From an uncultured Flavobacteriales bacterium (GTDB taxonomy: Bacteria > Bacteroidota > Bacteroidia > Palsa-965), in assembly GCA_937974275.1 (NCBI GenBank), contig CALJIF010000055.1, positions 23,290 through 87,289 of the forward strand: DNA of 64,000 nucleotides. The letters run 5' to 3'. The notes beneath the pieces were generated by a model. It searched no databases and was not told where the DNA came from. It saw only the letters and a list, made by a program, of their open reading frames with translations. The translations under genes and the position numbers were made by a program. Within the stretch, counting starts at the first letter, position 1. Every line of letters starts with the position of its first letter. Positions 20,998-30,750 of this stretch are shown here, piece by piece.

Positions 20998-23900
20998 ATG
21001 TCTAAGCGACTTCTTCTCTTCTTTGCCGGCGCGGTTACCTTAACCATGCTGATTGTGCCGTTTATTGCCTCCGACAGCAAATCGGCTCCGGCGGCAACAA
21101 AAATTAATCCTGCTTTTGGTGCGTATGTTTCTGCATACACCTCGGGTATGATTTCCAACGAATCAAAAATTCGAGTTCGATTATCGGAAGATTACACCGG
21201 AGAAATTCAGTACGATAAGCCAACCGCTGATTCCTATTTCGACTTTTCTCCTTCCATCGAAGGCGAAACATTCTGGATCGATGCCCGCACGTTGGAATTC
21301 CGTCCTTCAAAACGCTTGCCTTCCGACCAAGCCTATACGGCGAAGTTTAAGTTATCGAAGCTGATTTCCGACTTACCTGCCGACCTGGAGGTGATGGAAT
21401 TTAATTTCCGCACACTTAAACAAGGCGTAGTAGTTCAAATTGAAGGAACCAAGACAATTGACAAAAAAACATTGCGCTGGCAACAATTGAAAGGTACGTT
21501 GCACACCAATGATGCTGCGGATGACAAAGAAGCTGAAAAGACATTTACTGCCACACAAAATGGAAAAAAGTTACCGGTGCGCTGGACCCATGAATCCAAC
21601 CACACAACACGCTATTTTGTTGTTGACAGTATTGCACGCACCGATGTTGCGGGTGAAATTGTGTTGAACTGGGATGCAAAAGCAATTGGTGGAAGCCAAA
21701 CCGGATCAGTGAAGCAAGCTATTCCTTCCCTTAAAGATTTTAAAGTAACCGGAGTGCGACTGGAGCAAGGTGAACAACAATGTATCATCATTCAGTTTTC
21801 TGATCCATTGGATGAAAAACAAAGTGTAGACGGATTAATCACCCTAAACGGAGATATCGTTCCAATGCGATATACCATCCAGGACAATGATATCAAAGCT
21901 TATCCGTCCGACCATCTTAGCGGTGATTACACGCTGCGTGTCAATAAAGGCATCAAGAACATTTTGAAAACTAAAATGCCTGCAGGATTTTCTACAGGTG
22001 TGAAGTTCGAAGATCTCAAACCGGGAATTCGGTTGGTTGGAACAGGCGTCATTTTGCCCAATACAGATCGCGGTATGTTATTCCCGTTCCAGGCAGTTGG
22101 TTTAAATGCGGTTGATGTACGGATCATCAAAATTTACGAGAACAATATTCCTCAATTCTTGCAAGTGAGTTCGTTGGACGGTTCAAGCGAATTATATCGT
22201 GTCGGTAAAAAAATCATCAAGAAAAAAATAGATTTAAATGTTTCCAACAAAGCAGAACTCAGCAGTTGGGGCACGTACTCGTTAGATCTTTCCGAATTAG
22301 TTAAAACTGAACCCGGAGCTATATACCGCGTTACTTTAAGTTTCAAGCAAGCCTATTCAACGTACGACTGTCCGAAAGATTCCAGCGAAACACCGGTTGC
22401 CATAGAGGAAAATGTAGAAGAGGAAGAAGATCCGGATGGCTACGGTTATTACAGCGATTATTCCGACGACTCGTATTATTGGTGGGATGGTGATCGTGAT
22501 GATCCTTGCGATCCATCCTATTATTACGGAAGAAGTATCAGTAAAAATTTCCTGGCTTCCGACTTAGGATTATTAGCGAAGAAAGGAAATGATGGAGGTA
22601 TGCTCCTAGCTGTAAATCAACTTCAAACTACAACACCAATTGCAGGTGCTCAGTTAGAAATTTACGATTTCCAACATCAACTCATCACAAAATCTGTTTC
22701 CGATGCAGAAGGTTTGGCGAAAGTAAACGTAGGTAAGAAAAAACCGTTTTTATTAATTGCTAAACACGGAACACAACGTGGTTATTTGAAACTGGATGAT
22801 GGCACTTCGCTTTCCTTAGGTGCATTCGATGTTGCCGGCGCAACCGTACAGAAAGGATTGAAAGGATTTATTTACGGAGAACGCGGTGTATGGCGTCCGG
22901 GAGATACATTGTTCCTTGGTTTTATATTGGAGGACAAACAAAAAACCTTACCTGCCACACATCCTGTTACGATGGAATTATATAATCCACGTGGTCAGTT
23001 GGTAGAAAAAATGATTAAAGCGCAAGGTGTAAACGGATTTTATTCGTTTGCGCCTGTAACGGATGCTGAAGCACCAACAGGACGCTGGATTGCAAAAGTT
23101 AAAGTAGGTGGCGCAGTATTTACAAAAGATCTGAAAGTGGAATCCATTATGCCGAACCGCTTAAAGATCATGTTTGAAGTGGGTAAAAACGGCTTAGTTT
23201 CTGCAGCCGATCAAACGAAGTTGACATTACAATCACAGTGGTTACATGGCGCAAAGGCGCGCAATTTGAAGGCTGATGTTAGAGTGAGTTTAGCACAAAC
23301 TACCACAACATTTAAAGGTCATGACAAATTTCAATTTGACGATCCTGCATCCAGCTTCTACAGCGAAGAACAAACCGTATTCGACGGACGATTAGATGAA
23401 AATGGTGTTGCTCAATTTGAAGCCGGTGTGGATGTGAAACAAGCTCCCGGTATGTTAAAAGCTGCATTCAACACACGTGTATTTGAAGAAGGCGGTGCAT
23501 TTAGCGTCGATCGTTTCACGGTAAATTATTCACCGTACAAAAATTACGTAGGTGTGCTTGTGCCGGAAGGAAATTTGTGGGGTGGCATGTTGGAAACAGG
23601 AAAAGATCATCAGATCATCGTCGGTTCAGTGGACGAATACGGCAATAAAACTTCTCGCAGCAACTTACAAGTTAAAGTGTACAAGCTCGACTGGCGTTGG
23701 TGGTGGAGTTCCTCTTACGAAAGTTTGGCGCACTATGTATCGGGGAATTATTACTCGCCTGTATTGGAACAAACCATCAGCACAACAAATGGTCGCGGAT
23801 CATTTAAACTTAAAGTTGAGAACGAAAATTGGGGACGTTATTTAATTCGCGTTACCGATATGGAAAGTGGACACTCTTGCGGTTCCATAAGCTATTTCGA

Positions 23901-26586
23901 CTGGCCGTATTGGGATGGCGCAGGAACAAAAAATCCGGATGCTGCAAGTATTCTGCAATTCACCACAGATAAAACAACGTACAAGCCGGGCGAATCTATT
24001 CAACTTTCAATTCCGTCTCCGGGTCAAGGCCGTGCTTTGATTAGTGTTGAAAGCGGATCACGCATTATCAATTCGTATTGGGTAGAAACACAAACCAAAG
24101 GCACCTTCACACACGCCATTCCTGTTACATCAGAGATGGCACCGAATGTATATGTGAACGTGACGTTGATTCAGCCACACGGTCAGGTAAAGAATGATGC
24201 GCCAATCCGCTTGTTCGGCGTGGTTCCTGTTATTGTAGATGATCCTGCAAGTCACCTTGCACCACAAGTTCAAACTGCATCGGTTTGGAAACCGGAAGAA
24301 CAAGCATCAGTAACGGTAAGTGAAAAAGACGGTAAAGCGATGACATACACTCTTGCCATTGTTGATGAAGGTTTGCTGGATCTCACTCGCTTTAAAACAC
24401 CTGATCCGCACGGTCATTTTTATGCGCGTGAAGCATTGGGTGTAAAAACGTGGGATATGTATGATATGGTGATGGGAGCATATGGTGCCGAAATGAGTAA
24501 AGTACTTGGTATTGGCGGTGACGGCGATGATGGAAACAAAGGCGGACAAAAAGCAAATCGCTTTAAACCGATGGTGAAATTCATGGGGCCGTTTGAATTG
24601 AAAAAAGGAAGCAAACAAACGCACAACTTTATGATGCCGCAGTATGTCGGATCGGTTCGTGTGATGGTCATTGCCGGTCAAGATTTTGCATATGGACACG
24701 TAGACAAAGCTGTGCCTGTGCGTAAGCCGTTGATGTTGTTAGGCACACTGCCACGCGTAGTTGGTCCGGGAGAAACGGTGGACTTACCTGTAAACGTTTT
24801 TGCAATGGAAGCTAAAGTGAAAAACGTACACGTGCAGGTAACCACTAACAACATGTTTACGGTTGAAGGTGGTAATTCTCAAACATTGCAGTTCAATGAA
24901 GTTGGTGACCAAGTGGTGACATTCCGATTGAATGTTTCAAAAGCAGTTGGGTTGGGCAAAGTAAAAATTACCGCAAGCGGTGCAGGTGAAAAAGCGGAGC
25001 ACAGCATAGAGATTGATGTGCGGCACCCCAACGTTGAAGTTTCCGATGCGTATGAAGCAACATTGGAACCGGGCAAATCGTGGGAAATGGATTACACGCC
25101 ATTCGGTTTAACAGGTACGAATTCCGCTCAATTGGAATTCAGCACTGTTCCTCCGTTGAATTTAGGTCAACGTTTGGAATATCTGATTGGTTATCCGCAC
25201 GGATGTTTGGAGCAAACCACGTCGGCTGCATTCCCTCAATTATTCTTGCCTGATCTGGTGAAAATGAGCGAGAACAAAAAGAAGAAAGTTGAATTCAACA
25301 TTCGTGCAGCGATATCACGTTTGCAACGTTTCCAAACTTCTTCGGGTGCGTTTGGTTACTGGCCGGGCGATCAGTATCCTTCCGAATGGGGCAGTAACTA
25401 TGCCGGACATTTCTTACTCGAAGCAGAAGCAAAAGGCTATCATGTTTCTTCGAACGTGTTGGAGAACTGGAAAAAATTCCAACGTGAACGCGCATTAAAT
25501 TACACTCCTCGTTACGATCGTTATTATTACTACAACGACGATTTGATGCAGGCGTATCGTTTATACACACTTGCTCTCGCTAAAGCGCCTGAGGTTGGTG
25601 CGATGAATCGTCTGAAAGAGCAAGATAATTTAAGTACTGCAGCGCGCTGGCGATTAGCTGCGGCGTATCAATTAGCAGGTCAGCCGGAAGTTGCTGCACA
25701 AATGGTGAAAGGTTTGTCAACAGAAATCAAACCTTACAACGAGTTCTCCGGAACATTCGGCAGCTCCGATCGTGACCTTGCCATGATCTTAGAAACGATG
25801 AGTTTAATGGGTGGTTCATATAAAGTTCAGGCTGCAGTTGTTGCGAAGAAAATTTCTGAAACATTGAATCGCAAGAATTATTACATGAATACACAAGCTA
25901 CGGCGTATAGTTTATTGTCCTTGTGTAAATTCTCCGGTGGTGATAAAACATCGAAAGGATTCAGTTGCGATTTCGCCATTAACGGGAAAAAGAATTCCAT
26001 GAAGGAGTCTTTACCGATGGCATCAACGGATATTGAAATTGTAGGAACGAGCCGTGGTAAAGTAAGTGTGAAAAATACCGGCAGTAATGTCTTGTTCGTT
26101 CGTTTGGTATTAAACGGAATCCCCGATGTAGGTAACGAAACTGCCGCAAACAATTTCATGAACATGACGGTGGATTATTCGACGATAACCGGAAAACCAT
26201 TAGATCCGACGCAGATTGTACAGGGAACAGATTTTGTGGCAACAGTAACTGTTACTAATCCGGGAATGCGAGGAGAATATCGTGAAATGGCATTAACACA
26301 AGTATTCCCGTCAGGTTGGGAAATTCGCAACGAAAACATGGAAGCTACTGTTGGCGCTAATGTGAAAGGCAGTACCTACGATTTCCGCGATACCCGTGAT
26401 GATCGTGTTCATACATACTTCTATATTGCACCGAACAAAAGCAAAACATTCAAGGTGTATCTGAACGCAACTTACACCGGTAAGTTTTATTTGCCGGGTC
26501 CATTCTGCGAAGCTATGTACGACAATTCCGTCAATGCCCGTAAAGAAGGTCAATGGGTGCAAGTTGTGCCTGATGTTGTAAATTAA
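20998..26586 (+). CDS. bacterial alpha-2-macroglobulin family protein (thioester-containing protease trap)
   Basis: 1862 aa with a signal peptide and a CxEQ thioester motif (GYPHGCLEQTTSAAFP). The multi-domain MG architecture is typical of YfhM/A2M. Confidence 0.9.
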   Translation: MSKRLLLFFAGAVTLTMLIVPFIASDSKSAPAATKINPAFGAYVSAYTSGMISNESKIRVRLSEDYTGEIQYDKPTADSYFDFSPSIEGETFWIDARTLEFRPSKRLPSDQAYTAKFKLSKLISDLPADLEVMEFNFRTLKQGVVVQIEGTKTIDKKTLRWQQLKGTLHTNDAADDKEAEKTFTATQNGKKLPVRWTHESNHTTRYFVVDSIARTDVAGEIVLNWDAKAIGGSQTGSVKQAIPSLKDFKVTGVRLEQGEQQCIIIQFSDPLDEKQSVDGLITLNGDIVPMRYTIQDNDIKAYPSDHLSGDYTLRVNKGIKNILKTKMPAGFSTGVKFEDLKPGIRLVGTGVILPNTDRGMLFPFQAVGLNAVDVRIIKIYENNIPQFLQVSSLDGSSELYRVGKKIIKKKIDLNVSNKAELSSWGTYSLDLSELVKTEPGAIYRVTLSFKQAYSTYDCPKDSSETPVAIEENVEEEEDPDGYGYYSDYSDDSYYWWDGDRDDPCDPSYYYGRSISKNFLASDLGLLAKKGNDGGMLLAVNQLQTTTPIAGAQLEIYDFQHQLITKSVSDAEGLAKVNVGKKKPFLLIAKHGTQRGYLKLDDGTSLSLGAFDVAGATVQKGLKGFIYGERGVWRPGDTLFLGFILEDKQKTLPATHPVTMELYNPRGQLVEKMIKAQGVNGFYSFAPVTDAEAPTGRWIAKVKVGGAVFTKDLKVESIMPNRLKIMFEVGKNGLVSAADQTKLTLQSQWLHGAKARNLKADVRVSLAQTTTTFKGHDKFQFDDPASSFYSEEQTVFDGRLDENGVAQFEAGVDVKQAPGMLKAAFNTRVFEEGGAFSVDRFTVNYSPYKNYVGVLVPEGNLWGGMLETGKDHQIIVGSVDEYGNKTSRSNLQVKVYKLDWRWWWSSSYESLAHYVSGNYYSPVLEQTISTTNGRGSFKLKVENENWGRYLIRVTDMESGHSCGSISYFDWPYWDGAGTKNPDAASILQFTTDKTTYKPGESIQLSIPSPGQGRALISVESGSRIINSYWVETQTKGTFTHAIPVTSEMAPNVYVNVTLIQPHGQVKNDAPIRLFGVVPVIVDDPASHLAPQVQTASVWKPEEQASVTVSEKDGKAMTYTLAIVDEGLLDLTRFKTPDPHGHFYAREALGVKTWDMYDMVMGAYGAEMSKVLGIGGDGDDGNKGGQKANRFKPMVKFMGPFELKKGSKQTHNFMMPQYVGSVRVMVIAGQDFAYGHVDKAVPVRKPLMLLGTLPRVVGPGETVDLPVNVFAMEAKVKNVHVQVTTNNMFTVEGGNSQTLQFNEVGDQVVTFRLNVSKAVGLGKVKITASGAGEKAEHSIEIDVRHPNVEVSDAYEATLEPGKSWEMDYTPFGLTGTNSAQLEFSTVPPLNLGQRLEYLIGYPHGCLEQTTSAAFPQLFLPDLVKMSENKKKKVEFNIRAAISRLQRFQTSSGAFGYWPGDQYPSEWGSNYAGHFLLEAEAKGYHVSSNVLENWKKFQRERALNYTPRYDRYYYYNDDLMQAYRLYTLALAKAPEVGAMNRLKEQDNLSTAARWRLAAAYQLAGQPEVAAQMVKGLSTEIKPYNEFSGTFGSSDRDLAMILETMSLMGGSYKVQAAVVAKKISETLNRKNYYMNTQATAYSLLSLCKFSGGDKTSKGFSCDFAINGKKNSMKESLPMASTDIEIVGTSRGKVSVKNTGSNVLFVRLVLNGIPDVGNETAANNFMNMTVDYSTITGKPLDPTQIVQGTDFVATVTVTNPGMRGEYREMALTQVFPSGWEIRNENMEATVGANVKGSTYDFRDTRDDRVHTYFYIAPNKSKTFKVYLNATYTGKFYLPGPFCEAMYDNSVNARKEGQWVQVVPDVVN

Positions 26587-26604
26587 CAACCACCGGAACA
26601 AGTC

Positions 26605-26637
26605 GCGGGCAGATCTTATGATCTGCCCGCTTTTTTT
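26605..26637 (+). terminator. intrinsic terminator
   Basis: GCGGGCAGATC-ttatg-GATCTGCCCGC followed by TTTTTTT, after the A2M gene. Confidence 0.8.
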
Positions 26638-26685
26638 GCTTAAATTCTGATAAACAGTCATTTATGTCATATCCGTTCAGTTGTT

Positions 26686-26693
26686 TATATTTG
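26686..26693 (+). promoter_or_regulatory. -7 element TAtaTTTG
   Basis: Exact TAnnTTTG upstream of the 26746 gene. Confidence 0.35.
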
Positions 26694-26745
26694 TTTAGCA
26701 GCGTTGGGCACAATAATTGCAACGTTGATGCGTAACCACACCTCC

Positions 26746-27513
26746 ATGAAAAAAAATTACCTCTTCAGTGTTTTGTTTTTGCTGCTCATTGCAGGCGCAT
26801 TGCAAGCTCAGTTTGGTTTGCCGATGGGCTTCAACGTCAAAGAGTTTAAGAAAAACGAAGAAACGGCATTGTGGATTCTGATGTACGATACGGTTACGAT
26901 GAAAGTGCGCAACTACGACCGCATTCCTGCGGATAAAGAAGTTATTGCTGTTCAGGACAAATCGGGCTGGAAAGTAGTGGCTGCGGAATTAACAGCTGAA
27001 GGTTACCGCAATGCAACATACTATGCGGTTGACAACAAATATACTGTTACTGCGATGAAGCGAAAGCCGGATACAACGGCACTTGTGGCGGTCTCACGCG
27101 CTATGTTTCAGGCGAATGAAAACTTAAAAAAACTGAACATCAAAGTTTCCAATTGGAAAAAAGCGGTAAAGATTAACGTCGATCAAACCATTCACGTTTT
27201 TGCATTTTGTGATGGAGATGCGAACGGTACAATTTGGTATGGCCCTGAATGCATTTGGTATTTTACCGCTGACGGCAAAAATTTATCCGCAAGTAAAATC
27301 GTGAACAAGGCTCCGATGATGGCAGGTAAAGCAGGCAACGTTTTGAATGTGAATTGCCCGACAGATAAGATGCCTACGCTGGGTTTGATTTGGTTGGCAC
27401 ACCGTTTTAAGACAAACTACGCCACGGTTAATGTGGAATACAAAACCGGAACCAGCACATACTTATTCAATAAAGATCAAGGAATTTATTCCTGGGAACA
27501 CATGGCTAAATAA
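26746..27513 (+). CDS. secreted hypothetical protein (255 aa)
   Basis: Start at MKKNYLFSVLFLLLIAGALQAQ (signal peptide). Preceded by a TAtaTTTG motif. Confidence 0.55.
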   Translation: MKKNYLFSVLFLLLIAGALQAQFGLPMGFNVKEFKKNEETALWILMYDTVTMKVRNYDRIPADKEVIAVQDKSGWKVVAAELTAEGYRNATYYAVDNKYTVTAMKRKPDTTALVAVSRAMFQANENLKKLNIKVSNWKKAVKINVDQTIHVFAFCDGDANGTIWYGPECIWYFTADGKNLSASKIVNKAPMMAGKAGNVLNVNCPTDKMPTLGLIWLAHRFKTNYATVNVEYKTGTSTYLFNKDQGIYSWEHMAK

Positions 27514-28476
27514 TCAGCACAACTGCTCGATTATTTTCTCTACGCTTATTCCTTCCGCTTCTGCTTTGTAATTGCGCACGATTCGATGACGCAAAATCGG
27601 CTTTACAACAGCACGAACATCTTCCATATCAGGAGAATACTTTCCGCTTACAACGGCATGACATTTAGCACCAAGAATTAAGTATTGAGATGCACGCGGA
27701 CCAGCTCCCCAAGCAACATACTTGTTCACTTCAGGATCTGCGTTGGGTGTATTCGGACGTGTTTTAGCAACAATGCGCACCGCGTATTCCATAACATTAT
27801 CAGGAACCGGAACACGACGAACGAGATCTTGCAAATACATGATTTCATCTGTGCTCAACACCTTATTCACGGTAACATTGCGCTCAGAGGTTGTGTTCTT
27901 CACCACTTGTAATTCTTCCTCAAACGTCGGATAATCGAGCGATACGTTAAACATGAAGCGGTCGAGTTGAGCTTCAGGTAAAGCGTATGTTCCCTCCTGC
28001 TCAATCGGGTTTTGAGTAGCCAAGACGAAAAACGGTTGATCTAATTTATAACGCTTCCCTGCAGCCGTAACCGCGCGTTCCTGCATCGCTTCTAAAAGTG
28101 CCGATTGTGTTTTCGGAGGCGTACGGTTAATCTCATCGGCGAGAATGATATTGGCGAACAAAGGTCCTTTAATAAACTTAAACTGTCTTGTTTCATCCAA
28201 TATTTCAGTGCCGATAATATCAGATGGCATAAGATCGGGCGTAAACTGAATACGGTTATAGCTCAATCCTAACGATTGAGCAACAGTATTTACCAATAAT
28301 GTTTTAGCCAAACCGGGAACGCCAACCAGCAAACAATGACCGTTACTGAATATGGAAATCAAGACGTCTTTTACCACATCTTCCTGCCCGACAATAATCT
28401 TGCGAATTTCTGTATTAAGCAGATTATACTTCTCGCGGAAATAATTTACCGCTTCAACATCATTCTTAAACTGCAT
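27514..28476 (-). CDS. MoxR-family AAA+ ATPase
   Basis: Walker A GVPGLAKT and Walker B IILADEINR. The MoxR-like core is 320 aa. Confidence 0.9.
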   Translation of the reverse strand: MQFKNDVEAVNYFREKYNLLNTEIRKIIVGQEDVVKDVLISIFSNGHCLLVGVPGLAKTLLVNTVAQSLGLSYNRIQFTPDLMPSDIIGTEILDETRQFKFIKGPLFANIILADEINRTPPKTQSALLEAMQERAVTAAGKRYKLDQPFFVLATQNPIEQEGTYALPEAQLDRFMFNVSLDYPTFEEELQVVKNTTSERNVTVNKVLSTDEIMYLQDLVRRVPVPDNVMEYAVRIVAKTRPNTPNADPEVNKYVAWGAGPRASQYLILGAKCHAVVSGKYSPDMEDVRAVVKPILRHRIVRNYKAEAEGISVEKIIEQLC

Positions 28477-28494
28477 GTGGCAAAAATTAAATTC

Positions 28495-29871
28495 TTACTT
28501 CAGGTAATTCAGCCAAGGATATTTGAACTGATAATGCCTGTGATCCTCGGATATACGAATATACGTATTCGGTAATTTCTTCTTCACCCATTCATTGATG
28601 GCTTTTTCCTGCTTTGCCTGCAATGCCATATCCTGAATTAACTGGTAATCATCTTTCAAATTCGCTTTATGGGGCTCGGAACGTGATTTCAAGTATAACA
28701 CACGATAAGCTTGTTTTCCATCACGCGTAGCCATGGCATGAGGTGCAGAATAGCTTCCCGGCTTCATCTGGCTCACCAATACCGGAAACTCCGGATTCGG
28801 ATCCAAATCACCTAACATGTTTACTTCAATTTTTGTAGTGCCGGTATATGGATTGATAATCAAACCGCACGAATACTTGGAATCCGCGTCATCAGAAAAC
28901 TTCGCTGCAGCTTCACAAAAAGTCATTGAGTCAAGACGAACGAACTTCATAATTGAATCGAGTCGCACTTTGGCCAACTTTACATCTTCTGTTGTTACCG
29001 GAACTTCATATAAAATGTGTCGAATATCGACCTCTTCGCCCCTTCGTGCCAATAATTGTACAAAGTGAAAACCGTATTCCGTTTCGAAAACTTCCGATAT
29101 TTCATTTTCCTTCATGCTAAAGCATACGGCATCAAACGCCGGCACAAACGTTCCGCGACGTATGTTTTCGTATTTACCGCAATTGAACTGAGATCCGGGA
29201 TCTTTTGAATAGGTAGAAGCTGCAACACAGAAGTCTAATTTTCCGGTGACCACACGCTGACGAATACTTTCCAGTTCCATGCGCGCATATTCCTTCAATT
29301 CGGGGTTGATTGTCGGTTTAATCACAATTTGTCCAACCTCAACCTCCGCATTAATAAAAGGCAAACTATCTGCGGGAATAGAAGCGTAATATGCTTTAAT
29401 ATCAGCAGGAGTAACCGTGATATTCTGTGTAATCTGTCCTTCCATTTTTTGAATCATGATGAGTTCTTTAACACGATCATGTAATTCAAAACGGAATGCA
29501 TCGGTTGTTTTACCGTAGAACTCTTCGAACTTTTTTTGCGATCCGAATTGCATGATGAAATAACGCAAGCGACGATCAATCTCCCCGTTAATCTCTGCCT
29601 CAGACACCGTGATACTATCCTTTACAGCCTGAGCCAACATGAGTTTCTTCACCAACAGCGATTCAAGGATGACTCCGCGAAGCGAATCGTTTAACGGCAA
29701 ACCTTGTTCTTCATAATCCGCGTAAGCATTTTGAATATCAGATTCCTTAATGGTCTGATTTCCTACAACGGCAACAACACGATCCACCATTACAGGTTGA
29801 TCCTGAGCAGAAGCATCCGTGAAAGTCAACACCCACAAGGCGCTGAAGAGTAGCAATAAGTTAACCCGCAT
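28495..29871 (-). CDS. SurA-like periplasmic chaperone / PpiC-type peptidyl-prolyl isomerase
   Basis: Start set at MRVNLLLLFSALWVLTFTDASAQ (signal peptide). Has an N-terminal SurA chaperone region and PpiC-type rotamase domains (…YGFHFVQLL…). Confidence 0.75.
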   Translation of the reverse strand: MRVNLLLLFSALWVLTFTDASAQDQPVMVDRVVAVVGNQTIKESDIQNAYADYEEQGLPLNDSLRGVILESLLVKKLMLAQAVKDSITVSEAEINGEIDRRLRYFIMQFGSQKKFEEFYGKTTDAFRFELHDRVKELIMIQKMEGQITQNITVTPADIKAYYASIPADSLPFINAEVEVGQIVIKPTINPELKEYARMELESIRQRVVTGKLDFCVAASTYSKDPGSQFNCGKYENIRRGTFVPAFDAVCFSMKENEISEVFETEYGFHFVQLLARRGEEVDIRHILYEVPVTTEDVKLAKVRLDSIMKFVRLDSMTFCEAAAKFSDDADSKYSCGLIINPYTGTTKIEVNMLGDLDPNPEFPVLVSQMKPGSYSAPHAMATRDGKQAYRVLYLKSRSEPHKANLKDDYQLIQDMALQAKQEKAINEWVKKKLPNTYIRISEDHRHYQFKYPWLNYLK

Positions 29872-30745
29872 TGATCTTAATTTCTTTTTTATTAATAGCG
29901 TCATTATAAATATCATTCCGCATACGGTCGATAAGATCGCGTTTGCGTTGATTGATGATAATGCTGCGAATATTTTCCTTTTCAAATCCTATAGGACTTT
30001 TGCTGTCCCGAATCATAAAACCTCGAATATCCACGAAGTACAAATGCGTCGTATCGGAAACTTCTACATATCGGTTATTCTGCAGAAACAATTCCTTGTT
30101 ATAGGTTGGAATCGGCACTTCCTTCAACAAATCATCAAACAACAACCAGGACTGATCATCCAGAAAGTAGTTCGCTGCGAATTGCATACAATATCCTTCC
30201 AGTTCTTTTTTATCCTGAGGTTTTGTTGAACGTATCCAGTTTTTCAATTTGGCGACATTGGGTGCTTTTTTATCCACCTTAACGTATACAACCTTGATGA
30301 TGTTGTTCTTCAACGTGAAATCATCCGGATGTTCGTTGTAGTACTTCTCAATTTCAGTTTCACTCACGATGGTATCCAATTGCTGCTGCACCAGCTTCTG
30401 TTCATAGTTGTAAATGATCAGACTGTTGCGGTATTTACGTAATTGCTCCTCTACATTTTTTTCATCAGTACCCAAATTTTGTTCTGCCTGATGAACCAAC
30501 AACATTTCACGCACCCAACTGTTAATGTATGTCTGCGCAAAACGAGCGCTATCGTCTTTGGACATATCTTCAGTCATGGCCGACTTCAGATCGGATTCGT
30601 ACAGCTTGTAATTATAAACTTCCGCTAATACTTTTCCGCCCGTTTCATTTTGTTTGTTCTCTGTTCTATCGCATGAATAACACACAACTAACAGTACAGA
30701 GACGAACAAAAACAGAATACGTTGCCGCATGAGCAGAAAGTACAA
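29861..30745 (-). CDS. SurA N-terminal domain-like periplasmic protein (signal peptide)
   Basis: 294-aa ORF between two PPIase genes with a hydrophobic N-terminus (MRQRILFLFVSVLLVV). There is no rotamase motif, which suggests the chaperone domain only. Confidence 0.5.
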   Translation of the reverse strand: MYFLLMRQRILFLFVSVLLVVCYSCDRTENKQNETGGKVLAEVYNYKLYESDLKSAMTEDMSKDDSARFAQTYINSWVREMLLVHQAEQNLGTDEKNVEEQLRKYRNSLIIYNYEQKLVQQQLDTIVSETEIEKYYNEHPDDFTLKNNIIKVVYVKVDKKAPNVAKLKNWIRSTKPQDKKELEGYCMQFAANYFLDDQSWLLFDDLLKEVPIPTYNKELFLQNNRYVEVSDTTHLYFVDIRGFMIRDSKSPIGFEKENIRSIIINQRKRDLIDRMRNDIYNDAINKKEIKINAG

Positions 30746-30750
30746 GACTA

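Noticed and set aside
21104-26661. Antisense and internal ORFs within the A2M gene (e.g. 24307-24699, 25295-25570, 26311-26661)
   Set aside because: They overlap a 1862-aa gene with a conserved thioester motif. The low-complexity translations lack any motif.
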